This document shows, in pieces, positions 11,687 to 25,410 of a DNA stretch of 64,000 nucleotides. Where the stretch lies: positions 72,300 to 136,299 of the forward strand of contig SHWB01000002.1 in assembly GCA_009691025.1 (NCBI GenBank). Direction: 5' to 3'. The position numbers and the translations under genes were made by a program. The notes beneath the pieces are model-generated. The model saw only the letters and a list, made by a program, of their open reading frames with translations, did not search any database and was not told where the DNA came from. Each line of letters begins with the position of its first letter. The first letter of the stretch is position 1. This DNA is from Alphaproteobacteria bacterium. GTDB lineage: Bacteria; Pseudomonadota; Alphaproteobacteria; UBA6615.

Positions 11687-11811
11687 ACTAGATCTAATGC
11701 GATTAAACTTAAAGAGAACCCGCGCCGACATAGTGGGAGAACGCTGACGCCCTCACCTGCGACCCGTATACTGCCGCAGCGCACAACGACCGGGCTGCCG
11801 GCGGAGCCACC

Positions 11812-13965
<2,154 letters not shown>

Positions 13966-13984
13966 TCCCGGCCCCCGGCCCGCA

Positions 13985-16589
13985 ATGATGCGCGATGCCA
14001 CGAATCTTGCCCGCGCTGCCGAGGCAGGTGTCGCGCTGGCCGGGGTTGCGTGGTTTGCCGGCTTCGCCATCCTGATTGTTGTCTCGCCCGGCGGGGCCGG
14101 CCTGGCGCCGTCATAGGCCGGGGCGCTGGCCGCCGGGCTGCTGGTGCCGCCCGCGCTGGCCGGGATTCTCGGCTGGTGGCTGCTGACGCGCCGGTGGACG
14201 GATCGCGCGCTGGCCGACCCCGAACGCCATGTCGCGGCGCTGAGCCGGCCGCAGCGCGCCGTCGAGACGGCCCTTGCCACTCTCGGCGACCGCCTTGCGG
14301 TGGGATCGGGCCGGCTCGACGAGGAGGTCGTCAACGCGCACGCGCTGCTCGAAGGGCTGGCCGACCGGCTGGCACAGGAAGCGGAGCGGCTGGCCGGTCT
14401 TGCGGACGAGTCCGTGCGGCGCTCCGCGACCGGCAGCGAGGCTCTGCGCAGCCAGGCCGAGGCGCTGGCTGCAACAGCGTCGCGGATCGCCGGCCGCCTC
14501 GACGAGGTGCGCGCCACGACGGGCTCGCACGCGGCCGCCGCACTGCTCCAGGCCAAGCAGGCGGCAGAGAATGCGCGCCGGCGCCTCGTCGCGGTCGCCG
14601 AATCCTTCGATGCCGTGGGCAAGCGCGCCGCCGCCGCCGCCGAGGGCGCGGTCGCGGCCTTCGCGTTGGCGCGCGAGGCTTTTGCCGGCGAGACCAGAAG
14701 AAACGGCGAGTAGGCGGCGTCGACACGCCGCGAACTGGAGCGCGCGGCCGGCGAATTGGGGGGGTGGCGTCGCCGCATTGAAGGATGCGAGCGCTGCGGC
14801 GGTCGCCGAACTGGCGGCGGCGCGGTGCTGTTTCGATGACGAGGCCGCCGGACTCGGCAAGGACGGCGCGGCTGCTTTCGCCAAGGCGGGGCTGGAGGCC
14901 CTCGAGGCGCTCGAACGGAACCAGCGCGAGACGCGGGTGCGTCTGACGACCGCCGGCAACGACAGTGTCCCGGCATTGCGCGAGGCCGGCTAGCAGGCGG
15001 CGGCGGCACTGGCGCGTGTCGACGAAGGGCTGGGTCGACAGCTCGCCACGCTGACCACCGAGGCGCCGCGCACCGTGCGCGCGGCTACGCCGACTGCACT
15101 CGGCGCCATGCAGAAAGTGCAGGAACAGCTCGGCGACCGGCTGCGCGATCTCGGGGCCGGCGGTGCCAGAGACGTGCGCGAATCCGGCGGCGTAGTGCTC
15201 GGCTCCGTCGACGAGGCGTGCGCGGCGCTGGCGCGGCATGTCGAGTTGCTGCGTGGCGATGCGGCCGGCGCGGTGCGCCTCGCCGCCGACAATGCGACGG
15301 CCGCGATGAGATAGGTCGAGGCCAGCCTGCGCCGCCATCTCGCCGCCATGCGCGCGAGATTTCCGCAGACGGCGCGCGAGGCCGCCTCCATCGCCACCGC
15401 CTCTCTGGGCGAGGCGAGCTCGCAAATGCGCGTGGAGGTCTAGGCGAGCGGCATCGCCGGCGTCGAGGCGGTGCGCAACACCGCCGCCGCCGCGCTGGAG
15501 GCGATGCGCAAGGCCCACGACGAGATCCGCCGCGAAACCGAGCTTGTCAACCTCGCCGTTGCCGGTGCCGACGAGCAGGGCCGCGCCGTCGGCGCCATGC
15601 TCGGCGGCCAGGTGGCGACGATGAAGGCCGCCGCAGGTGCTGTCTCGGGCGAGCTGTCGCAGGTGCGCCAGATGGTGCAGGGCGAGACGCGGGCTATGTT
15701 GGCGGAGAGCCGCGAGGCCAGCGACGCTATCGCCCGCGCCCGCGAGGCGCTGGCTGAGCAGCGTCGCGAACTGGAGGAGGAGCTCGCCGCGGCTCGCGAA
15801 CTGGGTTCGGAGACGGGCCGTGAACTGGGTGCGCAGAACGAGCGCCTCGTCGCCGCCATCGAGGGCGCGGATGCCCGCGGGCACGACCTCGAAGCGACGC
15901 TCGGCGCGCGCTCCGACGCGGTCGCCGGTGTCGCTGGCTCAACCGCCGCGCGCGCGCAGGAAGTGATGGCGACGATCGAAGGGCAGGTCTCGACGATGTC
16001 GGACACCGCCGAACGGCTCGACCGCCGCGTCGGCGACCTGCGCGAAACGCTGCGCGGCCAGTTGGGCGTGCTGATGTCGACGACAGACTATGTCTCCGGC
16101 CGCGTCGACAGTATCTTCGGCTCCTTCCGCGCGCAGCAGCAGGCGCTCCTGGGTGTCGTCGAGGAGGCCGAACGCAAGGCGGGCGAGCTGCGTGTTGCGC
16201 AGCTTTCCGATGCGCGCGGCGTGCTGCTGCACATGGTCAACCGCGTACTCGATTCTCTGGGCTCGCTCGGCACCGACCTCGGCCGCATGCTCGAAGGCGA
16301 TTTGCCGGACCGTGTCTGGCGGCGCTACCTGGAGGGCGACCGCACGGTGGCGCTGCGGCGGCTGGCGCGCGGCCTGCGCGACCGCGACGCCATCGCCCGA
16401 GTGCGCCGCTCCTTCGAGGATGATCCCGAGTTCCGCCACCTCGCCAGCCGCCACCTCGCCGAGTTCGAGCACCTGCTGACCCAGGCCGGCGACACCGACC
16501 CGGAGGACCTAGTCAGTGCTTCCCTGCTCACTGCCGATGTTGGCAAGGCCTATCTGCTGCCCTCGAGGGCGACGGGGCGATTGAGCTGA
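13985..16589 (+). pseudogene. membrane-anchored long coiled-coil protein, interrupted by 5 in-frame TAG and one frame change
   Basis: From ATG 13985: two TM helices (VALAGVAWFAGFAILIV; ILGWWLL), then about 800 Ala/Glu/Arg-rich coiled-coil codons ending DLPDRVWRRYLEGDRTVALRRLARGL..FEHLLTQ. Continuity requires reading through TAG at 14114, 14711, 14991, 15312 and 15441, plus a frame change in the G7 run 14758-14764. Confidence 0.7.
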
Positions 16590-16606
16590 CGGCGCGGCGT
16601 CCCCGT

Positions 16607-16712
16607 CCTTCGACAGGCTCAGGACGAGGACGGCTGGAAAGTGCGACGCGGCCGGCGGCCCCCCCCCCGCGTGCCGGGTACGCCCCCTCGATCATCCTGA
16701 GCCTGTCGAAGG
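16607..16712. repeat. REP-like element: 18-bp perfect inverted repeat enclosing a C10 tract
   Basis: CCTTCGACAGGCTCAGGA at 16607-16624 and its exact reverse complement at 16695-16712. C10 homopolymer at 16659-16668. Confidence 0.7.
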
Positions 16713-16770
16713 ATGAGGATGCCGTCGGCTGGTGGTGGCTCCACGGGGCAGGCGGGACTATCTTTCCCCC

Positions 16771-17646
16771 ATGGCCCAGGCCGCGCGGCGCCTGCCGGAG
16801 AACGCCACCGGCGACTTTTATGTCGACGAGACCTGCATCTATTGCGGCTCCTGCCGCTGGATCGCGCCGGTCTCGTTCGACCTGGCCGGCGAACGCTCCT
16901 ATGCGAAGGCGCAACCGCGCGGCGAGGCCGAGGCGCGGCGGGCGGAGAGGGCGCTGGTCGCCTGCCCGACGGCATCGATCGGCACCGCGGGCAAGCACAA
17001 CCTCGCCGCCGCGCGCGCCGCCTTTCCTGCTCGCATGGACGGCGAGGTCTATCACTGCGGCTGGCACGCGGAAGCGAGCTTCGGCGCCGCGTCGTGTCTG
17101 GTGCGGAGGCCCGACGGCAACATCCTTGTCGACTCGCCGCGCTGTGCTGGAAGGCTGGTGCGTGCGCTCGAAGACATGGGCGGGGTGCGCTGGATGTTCC
17201 TGTCCCACCGCGACGACGTCGCCGACCATGCACGCTTCGCCGCGCATTTCGGCGCCACCCGCATCCTGCATGCCGACGACGTGAACCACGGCACGCGCGC
17301 CGTCGAATGTCAGGTCGAGGGACGCGAGCCGGCGGTGCTCGCGCCGGGTGCGACGATGATCCCGGTACCGGGCCATACGCGCGGCTCGATGGCCATGCTG
17401 GTCGACGATACCTTACTGTTCACCGGAGACCATCTCTCCTGGTCGCCGGAGGACAGTGCCCTCGTCGCCTGGCGCGGCGTCTGCTGGTACGACTGGCGCG
17501 AGCAGACGCGCTCGATGGCACGGCTTGCGGCGCGGCGCTTCGAATGGGTACTTCCCGGCCATGGCACGCCGGGACGTTTGCCGGCCGCGGCCATGGCTCG
17601 GGCGATGGAGAGTCGGTTGGGACGCATGCGGGCGGAGGGCGTCTGA
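16771..17646 (+). CDS. MBL-fold metallo-hydrolase with N-terminal ferredoxin-like Cys cluster
   Basis: Start at ATG 16771 ([11 protein letters not shown]). [12 protein letters not shown] Cys motif, then [12 protein letters not shown] and [11 protein letters not shown]-type motifs. Its stop overlaps the meaB start (TGATG). Confidence 0.65.
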   Translation: MAQAARRLPENATGDFYVDETCIYCGSCRWIAPVSFDLAGERSYAKAQPRGEAEARRAERALVACPTASIGTAGKHNLAAARAAFPARMDGEVYHCGWHAEASFGAASCLVRRPDGNILVDSPRCAGRLVRALEDMGGVRWMFLSHRDDVADHARFAAHFGATRILHADDVNHGTRAVECQVEGREPAVLAPGATMIPVPGHTRGSMAMLVDDTLLFTGDHLSWSPEDSALVAWRGVCWYDWREQTRSMARLAARRFEWVLPGHGTPGRLPAAAMARAMESRLGRMRAEGV

Positions 17647-18653
17647 TGGCCGCCGGGGCGGCGCTGCCCGATCCGTCCAGCCTTGCCGCCGCGGTGCGCG
17701 GAGGCGACCGGCGGGCGCTGGCGCGCGCGATCACGCTAGTCGAATCGACGCGCCCCGATCATCGCGCGGCGGCGGCCACCCTGCTCACGGCGCTGCTGCC
17801 GCATACCGGCGGCGGGCTGCGTGTCGGCGTCACCGGCGTGCCCGGCGTCGGCAAATCGACCTTCATCGAGGCGCTCGGCGCGCATCTTGTCGACACCGGC
17901 CACAGGGTGGCCGTGCTGGCGGTCGATCCGTCCTCGCGCCTGTCGGGCGGCTCCATCCTCGGCGACAAGACGCGCATGACCGATCTGTCCCGCTCGCCGG
18001 CCGCCTTCATCCGCCCGTCGCCGACCGCCGGCACTCTGGGTGGCGTCGCCCGGCGGACGCGCGAGGCGATGCTGGTCTGCGAGGCGGCCGGCTACGACGT
18101 GGTGCTGGTCGAGACGGTCGGCGTCGGCCAGTCCGAGACGGCGGTGGCCGGCATGGTAGATTTGTTCCTGCTGCTGCTGCTGCCCTCGGGGGGCGATGCG
18201 CTGCAGGGGGTGAAACGCGGCATCATGGAGCTGGCCGACCTCGTGGTCGTCAACAAGGCCGATGGCGACCTCGCCCCGGCCGCCGAGCGGACGGTGGCCG
18301 AATACGCCAACGCCATTCGCATGCTGCGGCCGCCCTCGCCGCCCTGGACGCCGGTGGTGCTGTCCTGCTCGGCGCAGGAGCGGCGGGGTATCGACGCCGT
18401 CTGGACGGCGGCCGGTGCCTTCCAGGCGGTCATGGGCGAGGCCGGCGCGCTGGCGCCTAAGCGTGCCGCGCAGGCCAGCGACTGGATGTGGAGCGAGGTC
18501 GAGGAGACGCTGACCGATGCCTTCCGGGCCCATCCGGCCGTCGCCGGGCGGCTGCCGGCCCTTGAAGAAGCGGTGACGGCCGGGCAAATCGCCCCATCGG
18601 CCGCCGCGCTGGAGCTGCTCGGCCTGTTCCGCGGCCCGGAAACCGGCCGCTGA
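17646..18653 (+). CDS. meaB: methylmalonyl-CoA mutase-associated G3E GTPase
   Basis: [16 protein letters not shown]-loop, [26 protein letters not shown]. The track ORF starts far upstream (16713) in the same frame by GC artefact. Confidence 0.9.
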   Translation: MAAGAALPDPSSLAAAVRGGDRRALARAITLVESTRPDHRAAAATLLTALLPHTGGGLRVGVTGVPGVGKSTFIEALGAHLVDTGHRVAVLAVDPSSRLSGGSILGDKTRMTDLSRSPAAFIRPSPTAGTLGGVARRTREAMLVCEAAGYDVVLVETVGVGQSETAVAGMVDLFLLLLLPSGGDALQGVKRGIMELADLVVVNKADGDLAPAAERTVAEYANAIRMLRPPSPPWTPVVLSCSAQERRGIDAVWTAAGAFQAVMGEAGALAPKRAAQASDWMWSEVEETLTDAFRAHPAVAGRLPALEEAVTAGQIAPSAAALELLGLFRGPETGR

Positions 18654-18743
18654 GGCTGCCCGCCCGGCTTGACGGCGTTCCCCCATTCGCCTACACACCG
18701 CCGCTCGGGCCACTGGCCCCAGGGATCGTCAAGAGAGGCACCG

Positions 18744-19028
18744 ATGGCCCGCCGCTGCGCCGTCTCCGGCAAGGGCGTGATGTCTGGCAACAACGTCAGT
18801 CACGCCAACAACAAGACGCGCCGCCGTTTCCTGCCCAATCTGCAGGTGACGAGCCTTTACAGCGAGGCGCTGGGCCGCGCCGTGCAATTGCGCCTGTCGA
18901 CCAACGGCGTGCGCACCGTCGAGCATCGCGGCGGCCTCGACGCCTATCTGCGCGGCGCCACGGCTGCCAAGCTGTCGCTGGAGCTGAAGCGCCTGAAGAA
19001 GCAGGTCGAGGCCAAGGCATCGGCCTGA
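18744..19028 (+). CDS. rpmB: 50S ribosomal protein L28
   Basis: [34 protein letters not shown]..., 94 aa. Confidence 0.9.
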   Translation: MARRCAVSGKGVMSGNNVSHANNKTRRRFLPNLQVTSLYSEALGRAVQLRLSTNGVRTVEHRGGLDAYLRGATAAKLSLELKRLKKQVEAKASA

Positions 19029-19127
19029 CCGGCGAATTTGGGTCAGCCAAGCGCTGGCCCACCTCAGCCGGCTCGCTGTCGCTCGCCACCCCACCCCACG
19101 GGCGGAGAGGGTTTTCGTTTGCGACCC

Positions 19128-20087
19128 TCACTCAACGATTTCGAACATTACCAGCAGGGTGCGCAGTGTTGGCGCGAAATTGTCGTCGCTGACGAGGTAG
19201 ACGAGGCTCTGGCCACGCGGCCCACGGCGCACTGCGACGCCCTCGAAATTGTTCGAGATATAGGGCGGCTCCAGCCGCGCCAGCTCGGTACCGGCGATCG
19301 GCGCGCCGCAGCGCAGCGTGCGCGCCTCGACGCGCGACAGGCGGCTGGCGAGACCGCCGAGGTCGAGCGCCGTTCCAACACCAGCAGGTCGCCATCGGGC
19401 AGGGCGGCGGCGCCCACCGTCGCGTAGTACCGTGTCCGGGTCCAGGACATCGGCGTCCAGTTCTGGCCGTCGCCGAGCCAAGCGTAACTCATTTGCGCGG
19501 CCGCCCGCAGGCCTTCGGCGAAGGCGACCATTCGGCCATCGGGCAGGAAAGCGACCGCCTCGATTCCTTCATTGGCCGGCGCGGCCTCGATGCCGGGCGG
19601 CGGCGGCACGAGCGCGGGAGTGCGGGCGAATGGCGGCTCGCCCGGCGGGTAGCGCAGGAGGCGGTGTCGCTGCTCGAAGGACACGACGTACGAGCCGTCG
19701 GCCAGCTGCGTCAGGCCCTCCGCATCGGCGTTGACGCCCGACAGGGCCTTGCCGTCCGGCCCCATGAGCGAGCCCTCGTCGGCAAGTTTGGCGCCGGCGA
19801 GGCTGCCCTTCTCATCGTAGTCGAGGCGCAGACGGAACCAGCGGCCGCGATCCGAGAGGACCATCGCCTCGCTGCCATCCGCCTTGACTTCCAGCGCCGA
19901 CAAGCCACGGAATCGGCCGTCGGCGTCGGGAAAATCCAGTGCGATGCCGCCATGCCACAGCAGGGCGCCAGATCCTTGTCTGGTTGGTGCGCTGGGGGTG
20001 CAGGAGCACGGCCTCGCTGGCGCAGGCCGGGAGGGCGGCGAGCGGCAGCATGGCGAACAGGCAGAGCAGGCGGCGGCAGAGGCGCAT
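19128..20087 (-). pseudogene. secreted esterase-like-activity-of-phytase family protein, at least 2 frame changes
   Basis: Signal peptide MRLCRRLLCLFAMLPLAALPACAS (start 20087), then LDFPDADGRFRGLSALEVKADG...RYYATVGAAALPDGDLLVLERR in a second frame, and LDLGGLASRLSRVEA...YISNNFEGVAV..LVYLVSDDNF in a third. Junctions near 19985 and 19375. Confidence 0.65.
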
Positions 20088-20216
20088 CGCCCCTATATAG
20101 CCCGTCCCGTCGCTCCGTCCCGCCTCGTTGTCGCGTCTCACGCAACTGTCACTGCCGGGTTGCCGGCGATGCGCTAGTTTTCCCGTCGGGCGGGGGCCCG
20201 ACGACAGGATAGAGGA

Positions 20217-20990
20217 ATGCTGCAGCGACGTGACGTACTCAAGGCCATGGCCGCCGTTCCCGCCGCGGGCCTGCCGCTGGCCGTGGTGCTGGCCAATCCG
20301 GAACTGGCGCGCGCCCAGGCGGCAACGCTGGAAACCGTCACCATAACCGTCGGCGGCAAGTTGGTGATCGGTGCTCTGGCAAGCCGGCGAAGGCTCCGGC
20401 CGGCACGGTTCTGGCGGTCCACGAATGGTGGGGCCCCAACGACCAGATGAAGGCTTGGTCGGCCGACATGGCGGCTCAGGGCTATCTCGTGCTCGCCTGC
20501 GACCTGATGGACGGCCCGCCGGCGGCGACGCCGGACGAAGCGCGGCGCCCTGCTCGGCAAGGTGCCGAACGACCAGCGCACGGCGATCGTCGCCGCCTGG
20601 GCCGACTGGCTGAGGAAGCATCCGCAGGGCAATGGCAAGGTAGCCACGGCCGGCTTCTGCTTCGGCGGCGCGTGGTCGCTCATCGCCTCGCTCGCCCGCC
20701 CGGTCGATGCGACGGTGATCTACTATGGCAACGTCGCCAAGACGGCCGATGATCTGAAGCCACTGGCCGGCCCGGTGCTCGGCCATTTCGCGCCGCAGGA
20801 CCAGAACATCAACAAGGCGATGGTCGACGGCTTTACTGCCGCCATGCAGGCCGCCGGCAAGAGCCTCGAGGCGCGCCGGTACGACGCCAAGCACGGCTTT
20901 GCCAATCCGACCGCGGCGCTCTACGACGCCGAGGACACCAAGCTGGCGCAGGAACGCACCCTGGCATTCCTGAAGAAGCATCTGGGGTAG
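20217..20990 (+). pseudogene. dienelactone hydrolase family protein, 2 frame changes
   Basis: Tat-like N-terminus MLQRRDVLKAMAAVPAAGL; GKPAKAPAGTVLAVHEWWGPNDQMKAWSADMAAQGYLVLACDL in a second frame; GKVATAGFCFGGAWSL...HGFANP in a third. Junctions near 20378 and 20540. Confidence 0.75.
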
Positions 20991-20999
20991 CCGGTCTCT

Positions 21000-21135
21000 C
21001 CCTCTCCGCCCCCGAAGGGCGGAGAGGGGCGGGGAGAGGTGGGGTGTTACCCGAACCTCGTTTGCGCCACCGGACGTGCAGGGAATTATCCCCACCTCAC
21101 CCTGCCCTCGCCGCCCCCGAGGGCGGAGGGGGGGT
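21000..21135. repeat. two GGGCGGAGAGGG-type REP hairpins between convergent genes
   Basis: Perfect 12-bp stem CCCTCTCCGCCC (21000-21011), loop CCGAA, GGGCGGAGAGGG (21017-21028). An imperfect second copy lies around 21100-21131. The same 12-mer recurs at 19100-19111 and a related hairpin at 61284-61302. Confidence 0.7.
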
Positions 21136-21159
21136 GCAGAAACCGGCCGGAGAGTGTCG

Positions 21160-22313
21160 CTACCCCATCGCATGTCGCGCGACGAAACCATCGTCGATGG
21201 TGAGGCCGAGGCCGGGGCGGTCGGGCACGTCGATCAGCCCGTCCGTCACGGGGAAACCCTCGATCGCCAGGTCGTGCAGCATTGGGTTGGCGCCGAGCGA
21301 ATATTCTAGGATGAAGCCGGCGGGCGACGCCGCGGCCACCGCGAGGCCGGCGGCGAAGGCCGGCGCGCCGCCCCAAAGATGCGGCGCCTGACGAAGATTG
21401 TAGGCGCTGGCCAATGCCGCGATGCGCATCGCCTCGGTGATGCCGCCGCAAATGGCGAGGCTGGGCTGCAGGATGTCGACCGCGCGCAGTTCGCACAGTT
21501 CGCGGAAACCATGGCGGGTGAATTCGCTCTCGCCGGCGGCGATGGCCGTGTCGGCGGCGGCGCGCACCTCGGCCATGCCTCGCTTATCGTCGGCCGAGAC
21601 CGGCTCCTCGAACCACATAGGCGCGCTGTCCGCGGCGAGGGCGGCGAAGCGCTTGGCCTCGGCAACGGTCCAGGTGCCGTGCGCGTCGCAGGCGATGCCG
21701 ATATCGGGGCCGAGCGCCGCGCGGGCGGCGGCGAGGCGGCGGGCGAGCCGTCCATCTCGCCGACGCGCATCTTCACCACACCGAAGCCGCCGCGGTCGAC
21801 ATAGCCCTGCAACTGCTCGCCGATGGTCTCGGCCGGCGCCCGGCCGCCCGAGGCATAGGCCGGCAGGCGCGATGCCCGGCGGCCGCCGAGCAGGCGCCAC
21901 ACCGGATCGTCCAGCGCCTTGCCCTTGATGTCCCACATCGCCATGTCGATGGCGCCGATGGCGGAGACATGCGCGCCGCGGCGGTTGAGCACGGGAAAAC
22001 CGTGGACGCGCGACAGTGCGTAATGCGCGCGGGTGCCGCTGTAGAGCATCTCCCAGAGGCGCGCCGGATCGCGCGTATCCTCGCCTATCAGCAGCGGCGA
22101 GAACTCCTCATTCACTATCACCGTCAGCCCGGCATTGTTGGCGGCGCTGGCGACGGCGGACTTGCCCTCGCCCCAGACGGTGAAGCCGGCATCGGTGTCG
22201 ATGCGCACGATGGTGGCATCGAAGGAGTCGAACGTGCCGTAGTCGCTGGTGTGCCGGCGCTCGGCCGGGATCGGCACATGCACCCAGAAGCCGCGGACTG
22301 CGGTGATCTTCAC
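21160..22313 (-). pseudogene. mandelate racemase/muconate lactonizing enzyme (enolase superfamily), 1 frame change
   Basis: GTG 22313: MKITAVRGFWVHVPIP...AIDMAMWDIKGKAL...GVVKMRVGE, then the other frame DGRLARRLAAARAALGPDIGIACDAHGTW...MWFEEPV...AAGESE. Junction near 21750. Confidence 0.8.
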
Positions 22314-23308
22314 TAGGCGAGGCCCAGGCGCGCGCGCCGCGTGACATGCGCCTCGCGGCTGGCGGAATTGACGAAGAATTGCGGCCAGCCGCCGGCGATG
22401 ACGGTGGCAACGGCCTCGGCAGAGATGCGCCCGGTCTCCTCGAAGGCCTGCACGGTGATGCCGGCCACATGCGGCGAGAAGCGCACAGAATCGAAACGCC
22501 GGTAGGGGTGGTCGGCGGCGAGGGGCTGCACGTAGAGCACGTCGAGCGCGGCACCGCCGACGCGCCCCGCCTCCAGAGCCGCTACCAGATCGTCCTCGAC
22601 GATGACCGGACCGCGCGCGGCGTTGACGACGACCACGCCAGGCTTCGCCAGAGCGAGGCGGCGCGCGTTGACGAGGCCGCGCGTCTCATCCGACAGCGGG
22701 CAGGTCAGCGCGATATAGTTGCTCTCGGCGAACAGTCGGTCGAGATCGGCCGCCTCTATGCCGTCGGTCAGCGGGCGGCTGCGCTGCGTGCCGAGCACGC
22801 GCATGCCGAAGGCGCGGCCGAGTGCCGCGACGCGTCTGCCGATATCGCCGACGCCGACGATGCCGAGCGTCTGGCCGTCGAGCCCTCGCCGGTCCTGCGC
22901 GAAAGCGCGCACCGGCTGCCATTATCCGGCGCGCACGCGGCGGTCTAGCGTGTCGAGGCGACGGGCGAAGGCGAGCATCTGCGCCAGCACGTACTCGGCG
23001 ACGGTGCCGGCGTTCACGCCGGGGGCATTGGCCACAACTATGCCGTACTCCGTGGCGCTGTCGACGGGTATGAGGTCGACGCCGGCGCCCTGGCGCGCGA
23101 CGTCGGGCATGTGCGGCGTGTGCTCGGACAGGTCGGGCGGCAATTGCGCGCCCACGATCAGGCCGGCGGCGTCGGCGGCCTCGCGGCGCAGCGTGTCGAA
23201 ATCGGTGCTGGTCGCCACCACCGCGTCGAGGTCGGCGGCGTCGAGCACGCGCGTGGCTTCGGCGCCCTAAGGCGGGGTCAGCAGCACCTTGGGACGGCTG
23301 CCGGACAT
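22313..23308 (-). pseudogene. D-isomer-specific 2-hydroxyacid dehydrogenase with in-frame TAG and TAA
   Basis: ATG at 23308: MSGSRPKVLLTPP*GAEATRVLDAADLD...VVANAPGVNAGTVAEY..RRVRAG*WQP...LGIVGVGDIGRRVA (NAD fold). TAG at 23267-23269, TAA at 22922-22924, no frame change. Confidence 0.8.
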
Positions 23309-23315
23309 GATCGCC

Positions 23316-24521
23316 TCAATGCGCACAAAGTGGGGCGAGGCGGCGCGCGAGTGCGAGCAGGGCCTCGTCGCCGCCGGCCCAGCCGATGAAGGACAGGCCG
23401 GACGGGCAGCCATCGACCCGCACCGCCGGCAGCGTCACCTGCGGCAGGCCAGCCAGCCCGGCTGGGCTGGTCAGCGCCAGGGTGGCGAGGCGGAAATTCT
23501 CCAGCTCGGCGTCGCTGGCCGTTCGCAGCGGTGCGATGGTTGGCGTGGTGGGCAGGCAGATGATTGTTCCTGGCGGCACCAGCGCGTGCATATGCGCGCG
23601 GACCCTGGCCCGCATGGCGCGGGCCGTGGCCGCCATCGCCACGGTGACGGCGGCGGCATAACGGAAACGCTCGCGCACGCCGGGGCCAAAGGCCGGCTGC
23701 CGCTTCGCCGCCCAGGCGCCATAGAGCGCCATCACCTCGTGCGCCTGTACGTTGCGGAAGGCGGCGAGCCAGTCGGCGAATCCGTCGGGCGCGACGGTGA
23801 CGGTGCTGACACTCGGTAGCAGGCCCGCGGCCCGGGTGAGGAAGCCCTGCAGCGCGGTCCGCACCGCCTCGTCGGCCAGCGCGAAGCCGTCGGCGGCGAT
23901 CTGTACCCGGGCGATGTTGGCGTCGACCCGCGCGCCGTCAAGCAGCACCTCGCCGACGGTGGCGAAGATTGCCGCGTCGTTGGCGAACCAGCCGCCGGTG
24001 TCGAGCGACGGCGCCATCGCCATGCCGCCGGTCAAATCCACCCGCCCATGCGTCGGGCGCATGCCGAACACCCCACAGAAGGATGCCGGGACGCGCACCG
24101 AGCCGCCAGTGTCCGAGCCCATGGCGAGATCGCACAGGCCGGCCGCCATCGCCGCCGCGGAACCGGAGGAGGAGCCGCCCGGCACGCGGCCAGGCGCACG
24201 CACGTTCACCGGGATGCCGTAGCGGCTGTGCGTGCCGGTGAGGCTGAAGAAGAACTCGTCTGGGATGGTGCGGTGGGTGATGGTGGCGCCGGCCGCCAGC
24301 AACTTTTCGACCACGATCGAATGGCGCGCGGCGGGCGCGGCGTCTTCTAGCCATTCCGGGCTGCCGCCGCCGGTCTTCTCGCCGGCGATGTCGTAGAGAT
24401 CCTTGACCGCGACCTTGCGGCCGGCGAGTGGGCCTGCGGCAGCGCCCACGATGGGACGGGCAAGGTCGTGCGGCACGAAGCATCCTATCGTATCTCCGTC
24501 GTAAACGGGCGCTGTAACCAT
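23316..24521 (-). CDS. amidase (amidase-signature family)
   Basis: 401 aa; GGSSSGSAAAMAAG..AMGSDTGGSVRVPA signature. Intact. Confidence 0.85.
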   Translation of the reverse strand: MVTAPVYDGDTIGCFVPHDLARPIVGAAAGPLAGRKVAVKDLYDIAGEKTGGGSPEWLEDAAPAARHSIVVEKLLAAGATITHRTIPDEFFFSLTGTHSRYGIPVNVRAPGRVPGGSSSGSAAAMAAGLCDLAMGSDTGGSVRVPASFCGVFGMRPTHGRVDLTGGMAMAPSLDTGGWFANDAAIFATVGEVLLDGARVDANIARVQIAADGFALADEAVRTALQGFLTRAAGLLPSVSTVTVAPDGFADWLAAFRNVQAHEVMALYGAWAAKRQPAFGPGVRERFRYAAAVTVAMAATARAMRARVRAHMHALVPPGTIICLPTTPTIAPLRTASDAELENFRLATLALTSPAGLAGLPQVTLPAVRVDGCPSGLSFIGWAGGDEALLALARRLAPLCAH

Positions 24522-24612
24522 GAGACGCAGTTCCGCCCGCTTGCCGTTGCTCCGAGCGCACTATACTGGCACACCGGCCGGGTCGAAAGCCGGTAGCCGC
24601 AGGGAGAAGAGC

Positions 24613-25407
24613 ATGGCCGAAGCCTCCACCGACGGGCGGATCGCCGTGGCGCGGGATGGCGCCGTCGCTACCGTCACCATCGACCGCCCGGCAAAGCTCA
24701 ACGCGCTGTCGAAGAAGCTGTGGGGCGAGGTCGGCACGGTCTTCCGCGACCTCGACCGCGACGAGACGCTGCGCTGCGTCGTGCTGCGCGGCGAGGGCGA
24801 GAAGGCTATGGGGCCGGGCGCCGACATCGCCGAGTTTCCGGCCGTGCGGTCGAATGCGGAGCAGGCGGCCGAATACGGCGCGCTGATGCACGGCGCGATG
24901 GGCGCCATCGGCGGCTGCCGCCATCCGGTCGTGGCGCTGATCCGCGGGCTATGCGTCGGCGGCGCGCTGGAACTGGCGCTGATGTGCGACATCCGCATCT
25001 GCGGTGTTGGCTCGCGCTTCGGCATCCCCGTAAACCGCCTCGGCCTTGTCATGGCGCATGCGGAGATCTCCGCTCTGGCAGGCCTTGTCGGCCGCTCGGT
25101 GGCGCTGGAAATACTGTTCGAGGGCCGCGTGTTCGACGCCGCCGAGGCGAAGGATAAGGGGCTCGTGAACCGCGTCGTCGCCGACGATCAGGTCGAGGCC
25201 GAGACCTATGCGGCGGCGGCCCGCATCGCCGAGGGCGCGCCGCTGGTCAACCGCTGGCACAAGCGCTTCGTCGACCGCATGCTGGCCGGCGGAGTGCTGA
25301 CCGAGGCCGAAAAGGCGGAAGGATTCGCCTGCTTCGACACCGCCGATTTTCGCGCCGGACTCACCGCCTTTCTCGCCAAGCAGAAACCCGCCTTCGAGGG
25401 ACTCTAG
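24613..25407 (+). CDS. enoyl-CoA hydratase/isomerase (crotonase) family protein
   Basis: Start at ATG 24613 (MAEASTDGRIAVARDGAVATVTIDRPAKLNAL); GLCVGGALELALMCD. TAG stop. Confidence 0.85.
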   Translation: MAEASTDGRIAVARDGAVATVTIDRPAKLNALSKKLWGEVGTVFRDLDRDETLRCVVLRGEGEKAMGPGADIAEFPAVRSNAEQAAEYGALMHGAMGAIGGCRHPVVALIRGLCVGGALELALMCDIRICGVGSRFGIPVNRLGLVMAHAEISALAGLVGRSVALEILFEGRVFDAAEAKDKGLVNRVVADDQVEAETYAAAARIAEGAPLVNRWHKRFVDRMLAGGVLTEAEKAEGFACFDTADFRAGLTAFLAKQKPAFEGL

Positions 25408-25410
25408 GAC

